DNA of 64,000 nucleotides. Source: Tubulanus polymorphus (Eukaryota; Animalia; Nemertea). The position numbers were made by a program, and so were the translations under genes. The DNA lies in NCBI RefSeq assembly GCF_964204645.1, contig NC_134035.1, forward strand, positions 11,316,451 through 11,380,450, written 5' to 3'. The notes under the pieces are model-generated. The model had not been told where the DNA came from, searched no databases, and worked only from the letters and a program-made list of their open reading frames with translations. Positions 15,197-31,015 of this stretch are shown in pieces; position 1 is the first letter of the stretch, and each line of letters starts with the position of its first letter.

Positions 15197-15454
15197 CCCT
15201 TTCAGTGCGAGGTATAAATCGATGATGGACTTTGCAAGTACAACGCGAGCGATGTATCATTGATGTCTCATTAGTGATGAGTTTTTATCTTGATTGAAAG
15301 ATGGCAGCACCTGTCAAACATAGTGAAATATTGGTAACTAATGATACACCGCACCGTGGTGTAGACGCACTAAATCAGTTACGCACTGGGGTGGAATTTC
15401 TTGAAATTATCTCTAGCACTTCAGGGTATTAATCATTAGTCAACACTGAAAGGG
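15197..15454. mobile_element. piggyBac-type MITE, copy 1
   Basis: CCCTTTCAGTG...CACTGAAAGGG termini flanked by TTTA/TTAA; homologous to 16683-16940. Confidence 0.8.
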
Positions 15455-16682
15455 TTAAATTAATCGAAGAGCTATGTAAAGCGGGACCTGGAGTTGACAA
15501 ACCGAAGCGAAATCATTTACAATTGAAACTATCAACAACTGTGGGTCTAGAGATCGTGGACATGGGTCGAACTTACGACTTAAGTAATGCTAATGATCAA
15601 ATTACGACTTTCAAATTATTCCATTCCGTTGACTATAGAACTAGGAACGAACGAAATGACTATTATCAGTACTGGATTCACAGACGTTGCGGGCAGGAGT
15701 GGTAGAAATAACGTCAATTAATATTCATTCTTCGAGTAGTAATTAATCACGCGAATGAAGAACGAACGCGTTAATATTAATACATTATTCAAACGAAGCG
15801 AGCACAGCACAATTATACATGCAGTACGACGATGACGACGACGTATAATATCATTTTGTCGTTATGTTTGAGCAGCAGAGCCTGTGTTTGACCAATACCG
15901 TAGCGTCTTGAGTGGATAACATACAATCAAGTAAAAAAAAATAACATCGTCAAATCAATCTTCGTCGTAAACGGTGACGATTATAACGAAGCCGATTCGA
16001 CGTGCGGTAAAAATAAAAACGCTTTGTTACTTAGTGACAATAACCTGTAAAGACAGACGTACGGATGAAATAAGAAAAATCTGAAGTAAATAACCCGGCG
16101 CAATAATAATCAAGGAAGAAACTAAATTCGACATTTCGACCTAATTCTACAGGCCATTTTCAAATTCAAAAAGTCTTTAAAAAATGGCCCGCAGCCATTT
16201 TTCAATAGGCCATTTTCAAAAACATCAAAAACGTTAAATGCTGATTTAGTTTTTCTTTATCATTATCATGGGTTTTTTGCTTCAAATAATGGTATTAGTC
16301 ACTTGTCTATGGAAACCCAAGTAAAATCTTCCCTGAATGCAGCATCGTTTGATGACATCACGAGAGCCGACCGCCTCGCAAAAGACGAGACAGTTCTGGA
16401 GAATCAACTCACACGGCCACGGAACATGTTAACTACCCGGCATGATCTTAGGTAAGCTTCTTTAATTGGATGGGCTTATAACAACCAATTCCAATATGCC
16501 ATTTGTGACAATATCGGATCGTGAAACTAAACCACAGACAGGTTACTGACTGACTAGGTACGATCTTAACGGAATATGGTCCATTTTTGAAATAAGTGCG
16601 TCATGTTTCAGTTAGATATAAATTGTGCCCCGTATACTACTCGCAAGCTAACAGTTGATCTGAAATCCAGACCATTGATTAA

Positions 16683-16940
16683 CCCTTTCAGCACAGCTAC
16701 ACCGCAGTGCAGTGTATAAATCGGATTTTTTTCAGCCCGGTGTATTGATGTTATTAGCTTTTTTTAAATCTTTAATGAAAGATGGCAGCACCAGTCAAAC
16801 ATAGTGAAATATAAGTAACTAATGATACACTGCAGTGTAGATGCATTATGCCCATCATTCAACACACTGCAGTGGAATTTTCTAAAATTTTCAAATTATC
16901 TCCAGCACTTTCGGGTATCGATTAGTCAGCACTGAAAGGG
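16683..16940. mobile_element. piggyBac-type MITE, copy 2
   Basis: TTAA|CCCTTTCAG...CTGAAAGGG|TTAA; TTAA target duplication and CCC...GGG ends are piggyBac hallmarks. Confidence 0.85.
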
Positions 16941-17971
16941 TTAAACTGTATTGTACATTCAAGGGGGTTAAAAAAAATTCAAATGGGAACCAACAGCTCT
17001 GGCTCAAACTTCAATATCTCCCACACACACACACACACCGTGCTCAAATCTTAACTCATGACAGACTAAAATTTTCCACGCAAGTATTTCACATTTTCAT
17101 ACAGCGATGGTCCAATTGAAAAAATCACAATTTTGACCATCATCACGACGAACTACGTACACCTGTTATTCCCAGAGTGAATTGAGGTAACAACACGAGT
17201 CAACAGTTGAAATATCAGCCGACAGATGCTTCAAAAATGACCTTCAATCTCGCAATTCAGACCGACCATCAATTACGATATTCATACAACTAGGTGCCGA
17301 AAAGGTGTGGAAGAAAGCATTTCAAACAGTACCTATCTTTTGGTTAGACTTGATATACAATATTAGCAGCACCTGCTTCAATGTTTCCATATCATATGCA
17401 CAGTTGATTCATTTTATAAGAAAAAAAACTTGATTATCATCGAGGTGTAAGAAGGTAATTAAAAACTGATGAATCGCATTTTCTCCGGTAGAATATTAAT
17501 GACGATGAATGGTTGTTTATATAGTTGAATGCAAGATGAGTCATAAATAAAGCTATATGATAACGTTTGAAAGTTTGAACAGTGGAAACTAACGATTGAC
17601 ATCAGTTTTAGCCATTTTCGCGCCGTATATCGATACAACGATTCCGAGATCATGAGCATGATCCGTATAAATCGACACTATCAGTGACAATGACTGACCA
17701 TTCTGTGACGAAATTTCGGTTTCAGGACAACCCCGACGGTAGCCCCATGCATCAGACTCGAATCTCTAATATCAAATAAGCCTCATAAGAGATAAGACAT
17801 TTAGGAAATTCAATTTCTCACTTTTCGTTTCTATGACCGCAGTGAAATTTGTCATTTCAAATTCCACGAATTTCCTTTGCGCTATGAAGCCTGAAACATA
17901 AATTCTTACCCACGAAAATGTCAAATGGCCATATAACCCATAGTACATATTTCATGTAATAAGCATGTATC

Positions 17972-18229
17972 CAGGGTCCGATCTAAGGAATGAGAGCCAC
18001 TTGCCCGGGGGGCAAGCATATCTGAAATTTCACTTGCCCCTTCCAAAAGCTTCTTGCCCTTAACAAGCAGTCCGATTGGTGGCACTATCATCCGTTGTAT
18101 AGAGTGGAAAAAAAGCTTTGTGAGATAAAATTGCACTATCCCAGGGGACAAGTGATAATGATAACCTACTTGCCTTGATGAGAATATACTCGTCCCGGGC
18201 AATCGGACAAGTGCTTAGATCGGACCCTG
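17972..18229. mobile_element. MITE with 16-bp TIR, hAT-like termini
   Basis: CAGGGTCCGATCTAAG...CTTAGATCGGACCCTG; related 5' fragment near 48221. Confidence 0.7.
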
Positions 18230-19794
18230 CTTATTGTTTTCATGATACCTCTATAGGAATACATGCACGTCATACCTTTTAGAAACATCGCGATCGCGCT
18301 AGTAAAACTTATCGATGAATTGATTCGACCGTACATCGCGATAATGGCTTAAACAGATATATTACTCTGACTACGCACAGGTGCTTCATATTAACGATGC
18401 TATGATAATACAATAGCGAATATGACTGCTAGATTCTGCGTCGTGAGGACTAGAGCCCCCAGACGATTCATCGTGACAACGATTCTTTGGTTTCATTTGA
18501 AATATGTGACGAAAAAAACAACTACACGTAGTATGTGCAGCATCGATCACCAAGGGCTAGTTTTATAGATCAGCGTTAACACTTTCACTGCATGTACCTC
18601 ATCATGCGATGTATAACTTATGTACCTCGCTATGCGATGTATAACCCACCCACCCTATTATTGCGTGATATGGCAGTGCGGTGTTTCCATGTAAATGTTT
18701 TAGTCAAGATGGCAGCACTTCGGTCAAATATTTGGAAATTAAGTATCCATACACTGCACAGCTGGGCAGACTGAATAAGGCAGTACATCCATTACACACA
18801 TGCGATGGAATTCTAAATGATGTCAGCAGAAAAAGAGTTGGTTTAACGTTCATTGCCCCCCCCGCCCCCGGGCCAACGTTGATACTGGTCTATAAAACTA
18901 GCACCTAGTGATTGATCTAAGCCTAAAAATCCAGGCCCGAGATACGCGTACAATTTTCTATCGTCAACATAGAAAACAATATACCGAAAAACCCACTGCC
19001 TATAATGATCACATTACATGCAGCGGATTACCAAAAAAAAAAAATAACAATGATTTTCATTCATAAAATAATAATAAATAGCGAGTAACGAATAAATCGA
19101 ATTGTCAGGAACCGACGGTTCGATGGTTTTCGTTTTAAAAATACCACTCAGCTCAGGGCGAGAGAGGTGAATGGATTCACTGTCGAAATTAGTTCGCTAT
19201 CGTCTCTACAACGAGTAAAATCCGATTAATCTACGCACACACGACGACGGCGGCAGATCAACGCGCGGTTTTTCTGCGATGAAAATTTTTCTTCTCTCCG
19301 TCATTAAAAACAATAATCGGTAAAGAATTACGAAGAATAATCGATCGCGCGTTCCGTCGCTGTCCGATTCATTTACGCATAAGTTAAATATATTATGTCA
19401 CGAGAATTACATCGAGATTTGCATATAAGCAGCCACCAGAAACACACGCGCGCGTTTTATACCGGCCACGAAGCGAACTACTACTTAAACTACTTCCAAA
19501 ATCAGGTTTGCTAGGAAAAGCGATTTCTATTCGTCGTCGAAAGCTTCTTCCATCTGTAAATTTCGTCGCGCGATTTTCCATTTCATCTCAGGCACGCGCA
19601 TCGTCGCATCGGAATATAGCTACGTACGCTCGAACGGAAATAATAATAATTATAATAATAAAGATAAACGTCGCGAATCTTCACACACACGAGAATGACC
19701 ACTCGTCTCGTTATTATTATTATTCTCGTTATCATAATTATTAAAACATTGCACCAGTGATATGTCAGGCAACAACTAATATTACGTACACTTA

Positions 19795-19803
19795 TGTATA
19801 CAT

Positions 19804-19878
<75 letters not shown>

Positions 19879-19879
19879 G
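19795..19879. repeat. (CA)n/(TA)n microsatellite in the putative ARF6 3' UTR
   Basis: Directly visible. Confidence 0.9.
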
Positions 19880-20379
19880 AGCGAGCATTCACACACATAC
19901 GTCAAATTCTTCATCTTTTTCGTAAGCGCGTCTCACACATTTGACCACCGCATAACCCGGGCATAGGTCGACACCATTCGCGCGAGTCTTTTTCTTTGCC
20001 ATCTCTTCTAGACGCAACCCACGTTCGCTGCTCTTAAGCGATTAAGACGCACGCGCCAATTTGTGACCAGTCGATCGCGCCTCGCCGGTCGACCTATGCC
20101 CGACTGTACGCCGCTCGGGGTATGTTCGAGCGACACACACACACGTAATATGCGCTCGCGGAGTTAGTCGTGAAGATATTTATTACGAGCCCGTCGACGA
20201 CTGGGCAGAGAAGACATGACGTTTCGAGTTGTCATTTTGTCGCTAACGCGCGTTAAAGTGATCAGGAATATATATACATATATTTGTGGATACCCGTGTG
20301 TGTGTGTGTGGGGGGTTAGTGAGAGAGAGATAGAGAGAGAGAGGGAGAGAGTTTATACGATACACGACGATCATATCAA

Positions 20380-23438
<3,059 letters not shown>

Positions 23439-24458
23439 CTCGATAGTGTGGGCACTGTATCTACCATGAGTGGGTTGAAATATGGGACTAGGAAATTCAC
23501 CTCCTGCAAAATAGAATCGGGGAACTAAAACATGTTGATTTTAAGTAAAAACTGACAGAAGAGATAGGCCTATTGGGCGGCACAACTCGGGAGATGATTA
23601 CGGGTCTAGGGCTGAGAAATAATGGATATTTTGATGAAGTAATTCAAAATAGAACTTAAGTATGTAGTCTATGGAACCAGGCCCAGGTCATTCGTACCAA
23701 TAGATCCAGAGTAACAGGCCTATCAATTGTAACAAGACCTACATAGGCCTATATAGTGGATAAGGTGAGGCTAAATATGAGTTTATCTTACGACATACTC
23801 AACATCCATTGATGGACATTTCTTTTCAGGAATATAGGCTATGATATGTGGAGGATCCCACAGTAAGACTGCAGTTTAGGCCATCTTCCAGCTATTGTGG
23901 TCCTTGTCTAGGCCGGGAGCAATTGCAATTCTGCTTTCCACCCAATGGTTTTTCACATAACTTATCATTAAAATTACACGAAGAAGCACTAGCTAACCAT
24001 CAGGAAAGCGACCTCAATTGCAGTTAGACCAATAACTTAAATCAAAATGATTGATAGGGAGGAGATCGGTTTGGAGATTGTATTTTAGGCCGAACCCCAC
24101 CGACCCCAAAAAATTTCAATTCTTAAAAAAAAATTTGACGAGACAGGATCATCGAAATCGGGCTCTCTCTCGTACGTTTTGAGACGTACTTTTTCAGATC
24201 AAGGCGTGCGGATCACCTACGAATGAAGAAGAGTGTCTAAATCGCGTTCAACCGGTAGAATTTAGCAGGTTCACACCTTGTTTTACTCCTCCTTCACTCA
24301 ACGACTCAGGAAGCAATGGTGGCGATTACTCACTCACCCTCACCCACCTCCCAACCCTACACTAGCAAATAGGTCCACATAATATCGACCCTAAACGCTG
24401 ATTTAGCCTCCGATTGCGTACAAAAGCTTCCATATTAGAACAAAAATAAAAGTTTTAC

Positions 24459-24570
24459 CTCAATTCAAGTGTTATCAACTCAATCCACGAATGGAATATA
24501 ATTCCTGAACTTTTTACGCGCGTAGTGATTGAGTAGCGATGGGTTGTCCTAGTAAATCATGACGTCATTG
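24459..24570 (-). promoter_or_regulatory. Putative ARF6 non-coding first exon and promoter with a CRE site
   Basis: Donor GAG|GTAAAA at 24458; acceptor TTTTGCAG before 23503; palindromic ATGACGTCAT at 24559-24568. Confidence 0.5.
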
Positions 24571-25243
24571 TGGAATCCCTAACACACCCGAAATAGATTT
24601 GACATTCGAAAGTATCATCGCCGCTTGGCGGCGGTAATGGACGGCGTAGCCCGCATTTAAAAACCTTCAAACAATTATATCATCAGAATGACAGCTGTTG
24701 AATTTTGTCCGTTATTAATCGAAAATAATTGGGACGAATCATTAGCTACTTATAGTTCAAAATTATTGGGTTTTTTACGGAGTTGTATTCATCCTCATTT
24801 ATTCCACCGAAACTGCCGGGTTGGCAAATTCGCCCTACAGCAAAGAACAGATTTGAATGGCCTCTTCAGGGTTCCTACACCGTCACATTTTTAATACTCC
24901 ATTTCAATAACAAATTTCAGTGATTTTCCATGATTTGCCCACCAAATATTGGCACTTCTCCAGGGTTTCACCTTTCACTTGATTTATTTATGCATTTTAC
25001 TAATTTACCAATTTATTTTATTTGGAGAGAAGATTCTGACATTCACATTTGACATTTGATGAAATCTCCATGATTTTCAGTTGCTGGAAAACTTTCTGGT
25101 TCCACGACATTTCTTGATTTTCAATGTTCAGGAACCCTACAGTCTCGCAACTCAGAATGGGATCCAACCTGTAATTTGTGAAAACATGTAAAAACCAAAG
25201 TCATAAAACAAAGCTAACAATTCATGTACATGCAAGCAAATAA

Positions 25244-25249
25244 TTTATT
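25244..25249 (-). terminator. Putative polyadenylation signal of the G-gamma gene
   Basis: AATAAA on -, followed by a GU/U-rich tract; lies between G-gamma and the ARF6 promoter. Confidence 0.55.
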
Positions 25250-27910
25250 TCACAACAACTATATTCTACAGTACACAAAAGATATATAAGAGATCACAAA
25301 TAGAAAATCTTAAACGTATAGAAACTGAAAATTTCATCGTTTGTCATTAAAATATTGTTTTGATTATTCCATAAAAATAGTTTGAATTTGTAATCATAAT
25401 ATAAGGCCATGATGATAAAAGTACATCCCATGCTCAGGGGCCGGTTACTCAAAGGTTGGCTAAAATAATGCAGTTTGTTCTAATAATTTTTGATTATCCA
25501 CTATCGTCAACTTTAACCAACATTTGAGCAAATGGCCCGGCTAGAGTTTAAAGTAAAAAAGAAATTCTCTTCAACGTACATCGATTCAGAGATGTTTAAG
25601 TTAACAAAAAGTCTATGGACTAACATGATAAATCATGGGATAAAATAAGCACCATTCGGCAAAGATTACAACAGAAGAATAGATAAAACACTAAGTCAAT
25701 TAACGATTGATTATCTTCTAAACATGTTTATCTTCTAAACATGTCCGTGTAATTCTCGAATTAAATATCAATTTTGTTCTTCGTAAAATAAGTCTCATAT
25801 CTTAAGTAGCGCACGACGATAAAGACAATAAAATCGCAACATTTTCGTTGTGTGCGAAAGGATAAAATTTCCAATCGGATAATTCACATTATTACGACGA
25901 GAATTCTCGTACGATCAGAGATCTCTTTTATGATATATTCTGTTTTTCGGGGATTGAATTCGAAACAACTGATTTTATGTTAATACGTTTATATCTAAAT
26001 TAGATGGCAGTGAAATGGCTTTGCAGATATTGTTATTCTAGTGCAGTTGCTTTTTAACCTAAAAAAGAGCATTCAAATCTAACATTACACAAATTGTTGC
26101 AGTTGATATTAGCCTAGTTTGTGTCAGTCGTTGAAAGTAATCAGATCGGGCAAATTTTAGAGGAACATGGGTTAAATTTGTCATGCTCCTGGATTAAAAG
26201 AAGTAGCACGCACTACATGCTTTACTATTGAAAACTGCATCGAAGTCAATAGTGACAGAATCAAAATTTGATATATTACAACCATTAACCTCATTAGTAC
26301 GAAACGAGGATTTACAAGTCTACGTGTTATCAACCACATGTAATAACAGTGGCTGTGGTAGGAGTAGCAGCTAATGACCAGCTTGTCATTCACTCAACTA
26401 TTTGATTAAATTGTTGCTTTGTGAAACTGGGCATAGTATCAATTGTATCTGTCTATAAAACTGGCCCCTGGGCCCATAGTCAAATGAAGTCTTGAAGCCG
26501 TTAGATCAGCTAGAGCGGATCTAGAGGTCCAGACCCTCCTTTCCTACTGAGGCTACCCCTTGACACTCTCATCCTCTCAGAAATCGCAAATTATCCGTTG
26601 TATATCTTCAAAAATATCTAACACTGAGAGTGGAACCTAGTAGTAGTGGAACCCACTAGTAGCCTATGAAAAATCAAAATGCCTCTATTTTTTTCCTGGT
26701 CCTCTAATTTGTCTAGATCCGCCCTGGATCAACTCTAGGACCAAGATGGTCTTAGACCGGTCACAGTTCGAAGCATAGATAGCGCGACTGACGCTAGGGG
26801 TTAAAATAAATGGATCTGAGTATTTCAACACTGTATCATTGGTGGCATTTATGTCGATATCAATTCACTTAATATCTCCAGGTAAATACAGGTTACAACA
26901 ATCTCATAATTAAGAGGTTTGATACGTGACATTATTTCATTCTTTGTTAATTTCAAGACTCATTTCCGATATTCGTAAACTTAATCAAGGGTTTGAAAGA
27001 GAGAGGCAACAAATAATGCATTATTCATAAATATCGGCAAAATTTAACGATGTACCAAAAAACAGCTGCTGTGTGACGGCAAGACTTTTTAAAAATATCC
27101 TTTAACCGGTAATGGAGAAAAATGTAAATAAAGCAATAATAATAATATTAATAAATAATCTCTTATTAGGTATATATCGATCCAGATCTTTGTTGTAAAA
27201 GGTTGAGACAGAGGGTAAAAGGTCGAGACACATTGTTTATCGTAGTAAGTGATGATGCTCCTTTGTGTTTAGTTTTCTGTTCCGTTGGTAGAAAGTGATG
27301 TAACGTTTTTCGATCTAATACCTGAAATATGAAACAGAAAATATCCGTTCAATTCGGAACGTTAAGAAAAGTATTCATAGGGGAATTTTTGATCAAACGT
27401 ATCGCATCATATCCAAAGATAGATTTAGATCCACCCCCTTCAAAATCCAAGTATGCCCTCCAAAAAGTCTTGGAAAAATATTTTTTGCTAAGAAATTTTA
27501 AAATAGACGAAGTACATAAGTAATATATCATCATTCATACAAATCCAAATGGACCTTATAAGGGCCAGAAAAGCCCCTTTATAACCTAAATTTTCAATTT
27601 CTTAATCGATCTCAATTTATCTAGGAACAAATCTGTTTAATGAAACTAGGCTCTCATATGTTGCATGTGCAATTTTATGAACTCATGACTGCAAAAAACT
27701 CTTTGATTTTTCAAAGTGGCTACTGTAATCATTTGACCAATGCATTTTTTATATTGAATAAGGCCTATGATATATTTTTAGAGTCTACATTTTAACTTTT
27801 CAGTTTTGGTTCGTTTCAATTAATTTCTGGAACTACCATATATTAAGAATCATTATTCACCTAGTAAAAATGAGTGATGAATCGCCATTGTTTGTCGGTT
27901 GTATTTTTCT

Positions 27911-28606
27911 TTACAATATACTACAACTTTTCTGATCTCTGAAAGGATTTTCTGACTGCGCGATTCCGTTAACTAACGTATCGCCGGCTGCGTTCTGTGT
28001 CATGAATTGAACCAAACTGAAAAACAACGGACAAATTTCATTCATTTTACTATAGTTGATGAGAATAGATTACTCTGACTGGAGGATGACTTAAAAACCG
28101 CCTTAAACAAATTATATGTTATTCAATCAAGGCCGGGTTTGATCGGGTCGTAGAAAATAGAACTCTTTCTATCCTAGTGATTCGGCTTACGATCAGTCTG
28201 TGATCAATTCGTCGCGGTTGTTAGTAAACCCATGTCGAAAGGTTCCCCATCGATCCATAGTACCGGCCCGGATAACAGTTAACTGGATGATCTTAAGCTA
28301 GGGCCTACTACGTTTCACCCTCAATAATCCTCAAATATGAGCCCCTGTGGATCCGACGCGATGGCCGGGTTGTAACTTAGCTTAGGATCTCAGATCTAAG
28401 CCGAGCTTAGGTTATCGAGGAATAAACAGCAATGACGATACGGAATATGACGATGAACAGATAAGTCGAGAAATGAGGAAACGAAACAGATCGAGGAGGA
28501 AAGAAACTTACTCATTTACGGCCTGAGAAACAGAAATACGTTGTAAACTGGCCTCCTGTCGGAGCTGTGAAACTTGTTTTTGAAGCGCCTGCACTTGAGA
28601 TGACAT
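27911..28606 (-). CDS. Heterotrimeric G-protein gamma subunit (66 aa)
   Basis: Exons 28512-28606 and 27911-28016 (201 nt): MSSQVQALQKQVSQLRQEASLQRISVSQAVNDLVQFMTQNAAGDTLVNGIAQSENPFRDQKSCSIL. GGL-domain motifs V-QL--EA---R--VS-A, D-L, ENPF and a C-terminal CaaX (CSIL, geranylgeranyl type); canonical GTAAGT donor and AG acceptor. Confidence 0.93.
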
Positions 28607-29932
28607 ATTGAATCGGATTCGAGTGGCTGATCAAAGAAATTTAGACAAAGAAAGTGTTTGCAGAAGGGCGTCGGCAATTTCTCTACAAATGGCGTTTGCT
28701 TCTGCGGTAGTTACGGATACTGCCGCTCGATATGAGGGCAGCACCTGATGGGGGAATCTGAACTCGCGGCCGCTTACATCTTCGTATTCAAGACAAATCA
28801 TTCTTCAACGATACATTTGTTTATCTAAAAGAAAACATACTTTTTCTTTCAATTTCTTTGCACTTCATTTCCTTGTGTTCTTTACAGGATCTCCCAAAAT
28901 ATCTTTTAGGTATAAATTGTGAATTAAATGTGTATGGCCAAAATAGCCAGTTTTGAAGTATTGATTGTTTTAGCATTGTATTTTCAAAATCAGAAAATGG
29001 ATTTTCACATGCCCACAACAAATTTCTTCAAAACAATTACTATTTGGAGGTGAAGAAAAACTAGAAATCCCTGTAGGTCGTCAACAGTCCTGGACCCAGC
29101 CAGACCCGGCGCCCAGACTCCCACGCTTCCGCAGTTCTCGGTTCAGTGACTTTTGGCATTCGGTCGGTATAAGTGTTGTCCAAGAATAAAATGGCATTTA
29201 TGTTCATCAAATCCTTCGTTCGTTTAATTTCTATCTTGATGATTTCTGGTACCAGTTTTCAAAATGGTTCATAAAATGCCAATAAACAGTAACCTTTTAC
29301 CAAATAAAACACATAATGAAATAAAAACGTTAAATTGCGCAAATACATTTGAATAGTTGATATGATAGAATGTTTGATATACTTCATGAGATACATATTC
29401 ATAACAATCATTTGATGAATTGTCATCAAGCGTTGTTTTAGCTTCTCAAAGTCCGAGTTTTCCGACTTGGCTTATGCCTGAAGATAAGAGGTAGTAATTT
29501 TGTTGTTGGGAAATATGATAACTATGAATATAGATTGTTGACGTTGTGGTTGCAATATTTTTATTGGATGACCAAATCATGTAAAATCGGTTTGTCTATT
29601 GAAATTTCTCCCATTATATTACTTGGAAATAATTGTGAAGGTAATGTTCTTGTTGATAGTGATGCATTATCTATATTTTGTACGAACGTGCAATAGAACC
29701 GTGAACGATTAACATTTAGCGATTGACGGTTAGCGATGGCGGTGCAAGAATCCCGTACGACGATGGACGATTGGCGGTACAGGCAGGGGTTCCGTACTTT
29801 CTGGTGGTCTCTGAGTACCGCTTTGAGTACCGCTTTGAGTGCCGCTTGTGAGGTGTGGTTAGAAGGCTGGATCTACGAGCTAGCTAGTTGAGCCCGTAGG
29901 CTGGATCCACCCCTGCCATCAAAACCATGTCG

Positions 29933-31015
29933 TTAACGCTGTGATCGCCACACGCAGCAGCAAAATGCCGCGCAAAAATATTCACGAATTTCTCGTCCCA
30001 GTAAAAGATAAATGTAAAAGTTAACCGAGTAGTTACATACTTGGAACTGTGTGAACACGTCTAAAAGGAAATCTTTATCATCGGTGGAGATTGGTAGGAA
30101 TATCGGAATGGACGATGGAATCGTGAATAATCCAAACGCGAGTGAAACTGTTAAAAGCATTATTGTAGTGCGCTTAGATTTTGTATTTTTCCTTTCAGAC
30201 GAAACCATTTTTGAACTTCTCAATAACTGGACTATGATAACAAAATTCGATGTGATTATCAGAGTTAAAGGTACGATGTAAATGTATACGACAATTGTAA
30301 TAAACAGTATGAATTGATGAGCTAATTCGGAGTAACATGTGAAAAACTGGTCAGAAAAGTATATCGACGCACTAGGAAGAAGATATAGGATCAAAGCATT
30401 CACTCCGATGATGATCAGTATAACAAATCTTGCGAATTTCGGTGTACAAATCAAACGAGATGTGAACGGGAAGAGAACAACTGCCGCACGTTCTAGAGAT
30501 ATTGCTACTATCAACCACGAACTATTCATTGCTGCGAATGTCATTAAAATCTCGTAGATTTGGCAACCTATTAGTGATCGGATCGCAAATATAGGACCAG
30601 TTGCTACGTGCAAGAGAACAAACTGTAAGACGGGCATCAAAGATAGATTTATGCAGAACACAAAATCATTGACTGACAACATGATAAGGTAGTTAGCGTA
30701 TGATAATCCCCGGAATCTGCGACTTATCATTATCAGGAAAGTAGCTGAATTTCCAAATGTTCCTGACAGGAACAGAATTACCAGAATAACCAATGACAGC
30801 GTAAGGTAGCTACCAGACTTGTTTGCCAAAGACATAAGAACGATATAACTGTTGTAAGTTAGACCAATCTGCGTCTGAGAAGAATTCATGATCAACAACG
30901 AAGAACAATTGCGCGGTGAATGGGTGCTAATGGCCGACTCACTGTCTCCAGACGTATTGAACAATTCATTTAATGGTTTGAATGAAATCCATATTAATAA
31001 AGTTTCATTTATCAT
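29933..31015 (-). CDS. Intronless rhodopsin-class (class A) GPCR, peptide-receptor-like (FMRFamide-R / GPR139-142-like group)
   Basis: 7 hydrophobic segments; TM1 GN, TM2 LSVND, TM3 Cys and SSWLIVAISLER, ECL2 Cys, TM5 P, TM6 FGLFTIP, TM7 NYSVNFYIY, C-tail CCC; N-terminal N-glycosylation sequons. True start codon uncertain. Confidence 0.88.
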   Translation of the reverse strand: MINETLLIWISFKPLNELFNTSGDSESAISTHSPRNCSSLLIMNSSQTQIGLTYNSYIVLMSLANKSGSYLTLSLVILVILFLSGTFGNSATFLIMISRRFRGLSYANYLIMLSVNDFVFCINLSLMPVLQFVLLHVATGPIFAIRSLIGCQIYEILMTFAAMNSSWLIVAISLERAAVVLFPFTSRLICTPKFARFVILIIIGVNALILYLLPSASIYFSDQFFTCYSELAHQFILFITIVVYIYIVPLTLIITSNFVIIVQLLRSSKMVSSERKNTKSKRTTIMLLTVSLAFGLFTIPSSIPIFLPISTDDKDFLLDVFTQFQVCNYSVNFYIYLLLGREIREYFCAAFCCCVWRSQR

